Assembly (NCBI RefSeq): GCF_009914755.1
Contig: NC_060925.1
DNA length: 64,000 nucleotides
Origin: the human T2T-CHM13v2.0 reference genome, Homo sapiens
Direction: 5' to 3' (one strand)
Positions 24,909 to 36,179 of the stretch are shown here, one piece after another. Position 1 is the first letter of the stretch. Every line of letters starts with the position of its first letter. The translations under genes were made by a program, and so were the position numbers. The notes under the pieces were generated by a model. It saw only the letters and a program-made list of their open reading frames with translations, did not search any database and had not been told where the DNA came from.

Positions 24909-26639
24909 CTTTTGATCACAGCGTCCTTGCCTGCAGAAACCAGAGGAGGCCTTAGGACCCTTCTGAGCAGTGCTCCCGATGACCATTAGCACTGGAAAAG
25001 AATTTCAGTTCAAGAAATGAAAATGACATGCCATCCCTGCATTAAACCATGGGATGCTTTTCTTTTTTGTCTTTCCAGCAAGTACTGTTTTATTTGTCTC
25101 TTTATTCCTGGAAACTAATAGCTTCTGGGCCTAACAGGCATTTGTTAAGTGTTTGCCAAACTGATGCTCAGTAGACAAGTAAAAGTAGGGAAGATGGCTT
25201 TGTGGCTCATGTGTAAAACTTAACTGGTGATATGGTAGCCCTAAAATAATTCTTCAGATATTTTATTGACCCTCAATATGCCAAGCACTGTGCCTCATAG
25301 CCTGTGTTCCTTCCCTGTATTCTCCATGGCTCAGCTGGGGGTTTGGAAGGAGAGAAGGCACAGCTCACCACTAACCAGCTGGATCCAAGAAGCGTCTGAG
25401 CCCTGTGACCTTCTTCAGCCCAGCCTGCTCCCCCAGCCTCTCTCACTGGCATGGCCTAAAGTCACTCTGGGCTGGTGTCTCCCCCTGGATCGCAGGAAGA
25501 GAAGAAACGGTGCCACTTTAGCCTGTGTTTATCTGTAACTTTCAAGGACAGTATTGTTCACGTTTGTGACAGGAGCCCTTAATTTACATTTGACATTTTC
25601 TCTCTCCTAATGTTAACACCCAGTCACTCAGGTGACATGATCATTTGATAGGTCCCCAGAGACTGAGTTTTCTGCATTACTTTGTGCCAGAATGGCACTC
25701 TTGTGATAGGTGCTAAATAAGGACAAAGTGAGACAGGGAGTGCTGTTTTGTGTTTGCAAAACTTCTTTCAGCCAAGGCTCTCCAAGCACAGTACAAACAT
25801 TAAGAGGAATTATTATCTCCACTTTACATAAAGAGGAGAAACATTTGATTTCTTTAGTAATAGCCCTCTTATAACCATTTCCAAATGTAATTACATTGGT
25901 TGGAAATGCCAACTTATGCAATGAAATTACCAGCACATTACATAAGACAAATAAAAGGAAATGATACTTCATAGAAGGCATCAAGTACAAGAATAGTCTC
26001 CTCTAGATCCTCACTCCTCCTCTAACTAGAGTTAAAACATTAACATCATCATTGTGAGGAAATATAAAGGACAATTGTAAGCATCTTTCTGGGCCATGGT
26101 TGAATGTTCTAACATTATTGCATGAAAATGCTGGATGTAAGAGTTTCTCCTGAGAGTAGGGGGAAGGCTGCCCCCTACCCCTCAGACATTCATTCTCTAA
26201 GTGGAAAATGAGCAAGTAAATTTTTACCAAACACCAGTTATGCACCTGACATTGCACTAGGTGCATTCACGTACTTGATCTCCTTCAAGCCTCATCACAA
26301 TTCATCTTACAGAGGAAAGAGCTGTGGCTTAAAGACACAGGGGGAGCTGGGTCTCAGGCACCAGGCTTGATGCTCTTTCCAACCCCTACAGTTGTAATCC
26401 CAGGCCAGGGACGGGATCACCACCCTCCTTTCCAGCAACTCCAGTTCCCCACTATTCTAGCACCCATGGCGGGTAGAAGGCTGGCCCTCCTGGATTGCAG
26501 AGGGTATGCCTGAGTCACGAGGATGCTAAGCTCTGAGAAAAAGCCTGCTGGGGTTAGCCATTCTTATTCTAGTAGCCTCCTCGATGCCAAGAGGCCTCCA
26601 ATACCCACCCAGATTTCAAACATCTTTCCTTGTTTGGCA

Positions 26640-26860
26640 GAGTAGTTTGGAGTGTGGTCTTTGAGGTCCAATCGCATGTGTTTAAAGCCCAGTTTCTCCA
26701 CTTATAAGCTACGTGATCTTGAACACTGACTTAACCTTAGTGCCCCAGTTTCTTTCCTATAAATGGGTTTAGTTATGTCTATATCACCTTGATAAAGAAA
26801 TTTAATGTATCATCACGTTTTAAGCGCAGAACATAACAAGCACTTACTAAATATTGGATA
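26640..26860 (+). mobile_element. MIR
   Basis: ccacttataagctacgtgatcttgaac...acttaacctt...ccagtttctt. Confidence 0.6.
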
Positions 26861-29708
26861 TTACCAATATCATCTGTATTACTATTAAATTCCTTCAGTA
26901 GTATCATCTACTCTCATTGTTTTAGCCTCCACTTTTACATGGGCACTCCTCACTCTCTCCCTCTGTGTTACCCCCTTCTCAGAGTGGCCAGCACAGGTCT
27001 GATTGAAATGGGAGCCAGTAGCCAGTGCTGGCTGACCTGGCCCTATAGGAATTGGGCCAGGCAGGTGATCCTGGCATAATCTTGAGCATAAATGGCCAAA
27101 AAGTACACAACAATTTTGTCTTACAGGGTTCTGAAGGATCAAAGTTTGCCCGAACATTTTCCTTTTCAAGTTTAAATGGTTAGGAAAAGCCAATGCCAGT
27201 GAAAAAGCAAGAGACACAGGAGCTAATAATCAGAGAAATGGCAGGGGATGTGGGTAGTGGGGAGGATAGGTGAGGGGAGTGATAAAAAGAGAATTATCTG
27301 TTCCTCTCAGTCACAAAACTTGTAGTCATATTTGCTTCCTCCCTCATGTGCCCACTCAGTTTCAATCAACACGTCCTATTGATTCCATTGCCACCAGGTG
27401 TTTTGGGCTTGGCTTTCTCTCATTCATTCTCACTGCCCCCATTTCATTTCAGACCTTCTTTTCCTGCCACCTGGACCATTACAATAGCCTGTCTCCAGCT
27501 TTCCCCAGCCAGGGGATCTGTCCAAAATGCACTCTGAAAATTCCAGTTCTGCCCTTATAACAAAACTCTTAGAGATGCTCATTTATCATTTAGTAAATCC
27601 ACAGGCCTTATCGTTTTCTAATGTTCACTAGCAAGTCTGGCTGCTCGCTGTCCCCAGAACACATGTGTCTTGCGTATGCATGAACCATGTATTATGTAGA
27701 CTCTCTGTTTCAGTGCCATTGCACGCACTAGGGATGCAAGAATGAACAGTTGGTCCTTGAGCGCCAAGAGGTCATGGCATAGCAGGGGAGATAGGCAGGT
27801 ACCAATGCGGATGTGTGTCAGAAAGAAGTCAGACTGGAAAGGATCCAATCTGACACGTCTGATCAGCAGTGCTTGCTTGGAGGTGTCTTCTCATTTAAAA
27901 TGCTAACAGTATGGAGCTATATCATTAATCATTGAATCATTTTATTAAATGGACAAATCTGAAAGAGAATGGAGAACAAGTGGGTCAACAGTAGAAAGAC
28001 AAATAGAACAAATAGGGGCCACAACTTAAATACCTTTAGCAGTCAGACAAGGAGTGGCTTGTGGAACCATAAGGAGTGATGGGGACTTTATGCCCTGCCT
28101 AAGTGCATTCACAGTCCATTTCCTTTCAAAACTCTGTGGCAAACCAAATAGCTCCACAGGGCAAGATCGGCCCACTGGAAGCCATCAGCAAACTGCCCCA
28201 GTTGGGTAAGAAGTGCCAAGGATCCTGAACCTTCACATCCTGGATGCTGTTCCACCACCATGAAGGAGCTGCGTGTCTTTGGACAAGTAACACAAATTAT
28301 TTGAGCCTCAGTCTTCTGCTCTGAAAACCAACATAACAATTGCTACCCCATAGAGTCCTGTGGGATTCACAAATGTAGAATTGGTTCTCCATTATAGGAG
28401 TGCTATTAAATCAAGAAAAACCAAAAAGCCAAAGAAATGACCATAGAAGGGTTACTGACACCACCTTAATTTCCCAGTTATGTACAGAGTTCAACTTTCA
28501 AATAAGATGAAATCATAAGCAATGGCACCTGGACTCTTTTGGTTTCCAAGTCTTCCCCTCTTTTTATCCAGGCCACGTTCTCCTTGACAGAGCTGTCTAC
28601 AGATAACACCAATTCACTTTCACTACAGGTTGGGAAATTGTTCTGAAGATAGCAATCTACTTATGCAACTGCATATACACATTTTCATTTCTTTTGGCAA
28701 TAAAGCCTTTTAAAAATGTACTTTTTCAACATGTGGCCATAAAACTATTGAGTAGGACCTTATAATCTCAGGACCAAGAATTTTATTAATAGAACAAAAA
28801 GGGAATTTTAACCAATATTACAAAACTACAGCAGTCAAGAAGCTGTTTCCTGAACAACATAATAGCTAAGCCACGTGACCTTTGCTGCCATGTGAAGAGC
28901 AAGAAATTCTCTAAATTAAATCAGTCAGAATGGCAAACCTGAGAGGCACCTCCTGACTGAGACCTCCAGCAACAGGGCAGAGGGCGAATCTGGGAAATCA
29001 AGCAGAATTGAGGTTCCCCTGAGACAGCAGTTAAGAGTTGAATCGGGAGGTGTTTCTAAGTTTGCCAAGTCCTCTCTTGCTGACAGACTGTGGCTTCCCA
29101 ATTGAGTATTTCACTTTTGTTTTATGTTTCTGCTTCTGTGCCATGGCCTTGTAAATACCACAGTGTAATTACGGCAGGTTTCTGTTTTCTGAACCTGTAC
29201 CTAGAAGGTAAAAACTCCCAGCTATGCATATGTGTCAGAACTAAAGGCAAAATAGGCTCATTGCCTCATGATACTCAGATGTACTTCTTTTGAAATGGGG
29301 CATTTGGGCTAAGCAGGAGCTGGGCCTCAGATGTACGTGGGGAGAAGGGGAGGCCACTCCTCTCTAGCCTTGGGACTCAGCTATTGTGGAAGCTATTCAT
29401 AAATAATGGTGTTAAGGGGCACCTTCTCCCACTTGGGTTGTTTAGGATTCAGATGCTACCAAGAAGTGGAGTAAGGTAATGTTCTCTCCCCTCATTCGTC
29501 CCCACAACAAGTATATATTTGCATCTCTAATTTATTAAAATGCTGACCTGGGATGGATCAAATCCAGGACCAATTACAAGAAAGGACATAAGGAGCCATA
29601 AGAGGAAGGTGACTCTGGAGTCAGTGCCACAGCCTCAGGTGCAGGGGAGAGGTTTAGATTGCAACCTAGCCATCTTTGTGGTATGAGGGTACTTTGGGGA
29701 AGTGGCTC

Positions 29709-30330
29709 TGAGTATGATCAGCGCTCCCACAGGAAATAATGGGACACTCAAACAAAAAAATTGGCCAGGCATGGTGGCTCAGGCCTGAGAGGCTGAGGCG
29801 GGAGGATTGTTTGAGCCCAGGGGTTTGAGGTTGCAGTCAGCTATGATCATGCCACTGGACTCCAGTCTGAGTGACAGAGCAAGACCTTTTCTTAAAAAGT
29901 TGGGGAGGGGGAGAAATTGAGGAGCATATAATGAAGAGACTATGAATAAAGCTAACGATTAAAAAATGATAAAGTATTGAGTTGGGGAAACAGATACCAG
30001 CCCCTAGGCCTAAAGTGTGAGAATGTGAGCTGTCACCAGAACCTGAAGAGACTGGCAGCTTTATGGGAGCTGTGGGCTTTGGTAGAGAAACCAGCCTATG
30101 CCAACTTGCATCCTGGCAGGAAAGAATCCTGGGAAATAAACTCCCATCCTCTGCTCTTGAGTCTCCTGCCAGAGCCTCTCATTGGCCAAACTCAACAGGG
30201 ATCTGGAGGGCAAAAGAGCCTGCTCATGTAATCCATGAAGAAGCCATAAAGGATTGCTCAAGGCTCTCAGCAGGTGGAATCCTAATGGTGAATTTCCAGG
30301 GACAAATGGAAAATGCAGGGCATCATTCTC
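29709..30330 (-). mobile_element. LTR33-like ERVL LTR interrupted by an Alu monomer
   Basis: ctcctgccagagcctctcattggccaaactcaac...gagggcaaaagagcc...aatccat resembles remembered LTR33. Confidence 0.55.
29763..29898 (+). mobile_element. Alu monomer (FRAM/FLAM-like or collapsed AluJ) with internal deletion
   Basis: ggccaggcatggtggctcaggcctg joined directly to agaggctgaggcgggaggattgtttgagcccagg...gtgacagagcaagac. Confidence 0.85.
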
Positions 30331-30745
30331 CTTACTTCTCCAAGATACTGGCCAACTGGTTCCATGAGAGAGTCTTCACCAAAGTCAACCCAAGTGACTT
30401 TATTAGGCATATCTCCAAGGGACTGTCAAGGCCTGTTCTTTATGGCTTGCAGCTCCCCATAATGTTGAGAAGTTTCTGGGTCTACCAATCGCAACTAGGA
30501 TGTTTTCCAGCATGGAAGCCAGTACAGAAGAGATAGTGAAAGCTATGGCCTGAGGCCCCAAGCCCAGTTGGAGTGGATGATCCTGTTGCAGTGGCACTGC
30601 TGCAGGATGCTTGGGGGCCATCACTGTCAGAGCCTGGCCTCATTAAAGATACATGCAAACTCCCAGTTCCTCAACAAGGGACTCCTCGGAGCCAGGAGCA
30701 GGACTGATATGTAAACACTCCAGGGAAATCTCGGACATGGGAATA

Positions 30746-30963
30746 CAGCTCAGCAAACTTTTTCTATAAAGGGCCAAGTAGTAAATATTTTAGGTTTTAT
30801 GGGCTGTTTGTTCTCGGTTGCAAATACTTAATTCTGTCATTGCTGCATGAAAATAGCCAGAGACAGCAAGTCAACAAATGACTGTTGTTGTGTTCCGATA
30901 AAACTTTACAGAAACAGGTGGTAGGCTGGATTTGGCCTTCCAGCAGCAGTTGGCTGACCCCTG
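30746..30963 (-). mobile_element. MER58A (hAT-Charlie)
   Basis: cagcaaactttttctataaagggcca...gtaaatattttagg...aataaaacttta-like...ggatttggcc...tgacccctg. Confidence 0.85.
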
Positions 30964-31178
30964 GTGTACAGAATTGAGGTTTAGGGTATTCATCTACTTC
31001 TGCCCTCATTTGTACCTGCAAATGGAGAGGCTGGCAACATTCGTGCTGTGTGCTGACATTCCAGATTTCTTTTAGATTGTAAGCCACATGAAAACAGAAG
31101 CCATGTCTTATTTACCTGGGCATCCTTACTACACACGATTGCATAAATGAATGAATCAATCAAACAATAAAAAAATTA

Positions 31179-31517
31179 GGCTAGGCACAGTGGCTCATGC
31201 CTGTAATCCTAGCACTTTGGGAGGCCGAGGTGGGTGGATCACTTGAGGTCAGGAGTTCGAAACCAGCTTGGCCAACAAGGTGAAACCCCGTCTTTACTGA
31301 AAATACAAAAAAAATTAGCCAGGCATGGTGGCAGGTGCCTGTAATCCCAGATACTCAGGAGGCTGAGGCAGGAGAATCATTTGAATCCAGGAGGTGGAGG
31401 TTGTAGTGAGCCAAGATGGCACCACTGCACTCCTGCCTGGGCAATAGAGCAAGACTCTATCTCAAAAAAAAAAAAAAAAAAAAAAAAAAAAGGAAGAAAA
31501 GAAAAGGAAAAAAAAAT
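31179..31517 (+). mobile_element. Full-length AluS
   Basis: Dimeric Alu with gaggtcaggagttcg and tggccaac diagnostics; long A tail from 31464 followed by an A/G-rich extension. Confidence 0.95.
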
Positions 31518-32830
31518 CCACAAGGGGAATAATATAATTTATATTTCCATTTGCAGTTCTTGTTAACCAAAATTAAACCTTATGCCTTGTTCATATATTT
31601 AAAATATTGAATGATCAGAAGATGTACAGAGAAATGTAAACCCTGTATGGGTCCTAAATTTCTTATAAAAATTAAACCAAATTTTCATGAGCTGACTGGT
31701 GCTACTTTCTAATGATGGTAGAATAGGCTAGGCTAGCTCAAACAAACAATTGTTGTGAGTAGAAAAGTAAACAGGATCCTAATCAGCGTGTTTGCTAATG
31801 AGACTCCCTGAATGGGTGTTTAACCATAACACATGAATTAGGTGTTTGTTCCTAACATATATTCAACTTATGGGGTTGGATATTTAGTGCTTTATTTATT
31901 ATATGTGAGCTTCAAAAACTACAGAAAAAAAATCCTTACAACTCTGTTTTTTATGATCTTGCACACATTTTTTTTCTCTATATTCCCCCCTGCAACCCCC
32001 AGACTGTCTATAGTACACCTGCTATTATTAGTGATATCACAGAAGATGACTTTGGAACTGCCTGTGAGACACCAGTCTAAACACCCAACCACAAATGCAA
32101 TAAGGCAAAGAATTGAGGAAGAGAGTATCTAATACTACCTAAGTTGTATAAGGTTGACCATCACCTCCCTTTCCAAGTGAAAATTGCAAAGCCAGAGTTA
32201 CAGGTAGCTCTGCCTTCCACATAGTCTGATTCTTCTTTATGATTCTTCTTTGTGATGAATGGAGAACAGTACATCCAAAAGTACAGTCAACTGAACAGTG
32301 CGTCTTCTTTTTCCTTAAGTAAACAGCAGTTTGAGTCATTTGACTATAAAATATTGAAATAAGGAGTTCTTAGCTTTCCCACAGCAGAAACAAACTTTTG
32401 GGTATAGTAGAGTTTGGGGGCACAAAGACTACTAAATGTGTTTCAGCATAAGCAGCTGGAAATATCTATGATCAAGCATCAAGGAAGAGATACAACCTCC
32501 ATTTCTAGGTCGCTGAATTTATTCAATAAATATTTATTGAGCATTCAGCAAGTATCCAGCAGAGACAAATCCAAATCTGGATGCTGCTAGTTCATCCACT
32601 TCCTTGTTGAGTGTACATACAAACAGGATGCTTGTATGTAGGTGTGTATTTTATACTTGCTTTATAATCATGATGGAATCAGAAGTCAAGTCTCTGGCCA
32701 CTGACACTCTTCTGTATGTGTTTGTGCCACCTTTTGCCATGCCCTACCTTGACTTATCTAGTCAGGAGGATGTGCAAAAACAACAAACAGTTTTGTAGCT
32801 TATCAACAGGCAGTAGATAAAATAATATTC

Positions 32831-34190
32831 TTTTTGTTTTTTATTTTAATTTTAATTTTTAAGTTCTGAGGTACATGTGCAGGTTTGTTACATAGGTAAA
32901 TGTATGCCATGGTGGTTTCCTGCACCTATCCACTCATTACCAAGGTATTAAGCCCAGCATGCATTAGTTCTTTTCCCTAATATTCTTCCCTACCCACACC
33001 CTCCTCCAACAGGCCCCAATTTATGTTGTTCCCATCCCTGTGTCCATGTGTTCTCATTGTTCAGTTCTTACTTATAAACGAGAACATGCAGTGTTTGGTT
33101 TTCTGTTCCTATGTTAGTTTGCTGAAAATAACGGCTTCCAGCTCCATCTATGTCCCTGCAAAGGACATGATCTCATTCCTTTTTATGGCTACATAGTATT
33201 TCAGGGTGCATATGTACCACATTTTCTTTATCCAGTCTATCTTTGATGAGCATTCGGGTTGATTCTATGTCATTGCTATTGTGAATAGTGCTGCAATGAA
33301 CATAGACATCCATGTATCTTTGTAATAGAATGATTTATATTCCTTTGGGCATATACCCAGTAATGGGGTTGCTGGGTCAAATGGTATTTCTGGTTCTAGA
33401 TCTTTGAGGAATCGCCACACCATCTTCCACAATGTTTAAACTAATTTACATTCCAGCCAACCATGTAAAAGCATTCCTATTTCTCCACAACCCTGTCAGC
33501 ATCTGTTGTTTCTTGACTTTTTAATAATAGCTATTCTGACTGGCATGAGATGGTATCTCATTACCGTTTTCCCAGTGAAACAGAATAGAAAACTCAGAAA
33601 TGAGACCACACATCTACAACTGTCTGATCTTCAATAAACCTGAAAAAAAAAAAACAAGCAATGGGGAAAGGATTCCCTGCTTAATAAATTGTGCTGGGAG
33701 AACTGGCTAGCCATATGCAGAAAATTGAAACTGGACCCCTTCCTTACACCTTATACAAAAATTAACTCAAGATGGATTAAGAACTTAAACATAAAACTCA
33801 AGACTATAAAAACCTTAGAAGAAAATGTATGCGATACCATTCAAGACATGGGCATGGGCAAAGATTTCATAACAAAATCACCAAAAGCAATTGCAACAAA
33901 AGCAAACATTGACAAATGGGATCTAATTAAACTAAGGAGGTTCTGCACAGCAAAAGAAACTATCATCAGAGTGAACAGGAATCCTACAGAGTAGAAGAAA
34001 ATTTTTGCAATCTGTCCATCTGGCAAAGGCCTAATTCCAGCGTCTACAAGGAACTTAAATTTCCAAGAAAAAAACAAAAACCCCATTAAAAAGTAGGCAA
34101 AGGACATGAACAGACACTTCTCGAAAGAAGACATTCATGTGCCAACAAACATATTAAGAAAAAGCTCAACATCATTGATCATTAGAGAAA
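32831..34190 (-). mobile_element. 5'-truncated, 5'-inverted (twin-primed) older L1PA-type element
   Basis: 32831-~33570 is the L1 3' UTR plus ORF2 end on the minus strand (T-rich tail at left). ~33571-34190 is the immediately upstream ORF2 segment on the plus strand (ORF 33689-33994 [30 protein letters not shown]). Confidence 0.92.
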
Positions 34191-34670
34191 CAGTCTTAAT
34201 TTTTGGTGAAAACAAAAAACAATATTTAGTTTATTTCAATCTATGTAAAATGTGAATTTCATCTTTCAGTTTTTAAAAGAGCAATGTCTATTTCTTCCTA
34301 AAACCTGTTGTTCTAGTATTTCTATTCTGATAAATTATAAAATATCTTTCTCTTCTGCCTTTTTCTGCAGAGACCTGTCTCTTCCCCACATCTCACCTCT
34401 GCCCTTTCAACCTCTGACATGTGTTTGTTACTCAGAGCACCAAATGGAGGTCAACAAGTTACTGGAAAACATCAGACAAGGAGAAAAAAAATCCTTACTG
34501 CTTCTCGACTTATGTTGGCCTGAAAGCACAGTGATTTATATCACATCAGAAGGACAAGTTCTTGGTATGTTGGCCTATGTATGGGCAGATGGCCTCTTCC
34601 CCAGTAAATGAATTGGATTAATAGAAATGTTAAATTCTTTAAGTGCATATATGTTTAAAATTCTATGAAA

Positions 34671-35187
34671 GGCAGACACTTTTTAGCTCAGGGCCTGGTG
34701 GCTAGGTTGGTTCTCTCCTTTCCAATCAGAGACCTCTGCCGCAAACATGCTCTGCCAGATCCTCGGTCAGGCCAAGAAGCATCCGAGCTTGATCCCCCTC
34801 TTTGTATTTATTGGAACTGGAGCTTCTGGAGCAACACTGTATCTCTTGCATCTGGCATTGTTCAATCCAGATGTTTGTTGGGACAGAAATAACCCAGAGC
34901 CCTGGAACAAACTGGGTCCCAATGATCAATACAAGTTCTGCTCAGTGAATGTGGATTACAGCAAGCTGAAGAAGGAATGTCCAGATTTCTAAATGAAATG
35001 TTTCACTATAACACTGCTTTAGAATGAAGGTTTTCCAGAAGCCACATCCGCACAATTTTTCACTTAACCAGGAAATATTTCTTCTCTAAATGCATGAAAT
35101 CATGTTGGAGATCTCTATTGTAATCTCTATTGGAGATTACACTGATTAAATCAATAAATAACTGAAACTTGAAAAATAAAATAAAAT
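34671..35187 (+). pseudogene. NDUFA4P1: Processed pseudogene/retrocopy of NDUFA4 (COXFA4, complex IV-associated subunit); intact 81-codon ORF at 34747-34992
   Basis: Intronless [28 protein letters not shown]...KKECPDF, about 75/81 identical to remembered human NDUFA4. It has 5' and 3' UTRs, AATAAA 35153-35158, a degenerate A tail (AAAAT)n and a 14-bp TSD AAAATTCTATGAAA (34657-34670 / 35188-35201) at a TT/AAAA L1-endonuclease site. The P1 number is from memory of the locus. Confidence 0.93.
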
Positions 35188-36080
35188 AAAATTCTATGAA
35201 ACAAAATAGCACAATACTTACACCCCCAAAACATCCTGCTAAAACTATTTCTTGCCCTATGAACAACATGACATGAGCACGGATCGTGAAAAATACTGAC
35301 ATTTTAGAATAAATTATTAATGGAACTGGAGTTGATAAGAGGCAGATGGTTAAATACAGAGGAAAAAACTTGAATCAATCACTTTTATGCCCTTTCTGAA
35401 TTTCTCATTTGCTTTTAAAAATAATTGTTTAGTTCTATAGAAACTATAGACTTATAGTGAAAGAAGACATACTCAGCTACGGCCCTTGAACCTTCAGTGG
35501 ACAGCACTATCGTCACCTTTAGCCAGTGAATTAAGAGCTCTGTTAGAAAAATGGTATATTTTCAATTCAGATTGACACTGTTCAAGATGCAGGTATAACT
35601 GACATCTCTTTAATAATACTGTATTCAAATACATCACAGGATCTGAGAAAGTGTCTGACGCTTGGAGTAAGCATGAAGTCAAACACTGGGAAAAAACACA
35701 TTTCAGACTGTCACAGATGTTCTCAGCAAAAATGTGTAGGATGTTATAGCTGATGGGAAATTTAACATGTAGAGACTGTTTAATGAGTTAAATCCTGTTC
35801 TTTAAAAAAAAAAAAAAAGAGCTTCCAGCCAGGTTTCTGCGTGGTATGACTCTTTGTTTTTAATTTGCTAATAGGAGGTAAGATATAACGTCAGTCCTCA
35901 TTCAGCTATTATATTATATTCCAGTGGGTCATCTTTAAGAAAGTCATGTGGGAGAGGAAGGATTTTTAGAAATGATTTTTAAACTCTCTTTGGGGGAAAT
36001 AATGCAATGTCCTAAAGCTATGGATTTGACCAAAATTGTTTGGGAATAAGAAAATCTGATCGTGTGATTGCATGAGACCA

Positions 36081-36179
36081 TTCTATTAGGTTGGTGCAAA
36101 AGTAATTGCAGGTTTTGCTATTCTGTTAGGTTGGTGCAAAAGTAATTGCAGTTTTTGCCATTACATTTAATGGCAAAAC
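36081..36179 (+). mobile_element. MADE1 (Hsmar1-derived MITE) with tandemly duplicated left arm and truncated right arm
   Basis: TTAGGTTGGTGCAAAAGTAATTGC appears twice (40-bp period), then gtttttgccattacatttaatggcaaaac. Confidence 0.9.

Noticed and set aside
36081-36160. Repeat-spacer-like appearance (CRISPR-like) of the 40-bp and 28-bp direct repeats
   Set aside because: Only two copies each, no unique spacer series, eukaryotic context; explained by MADE1 and local duplication.
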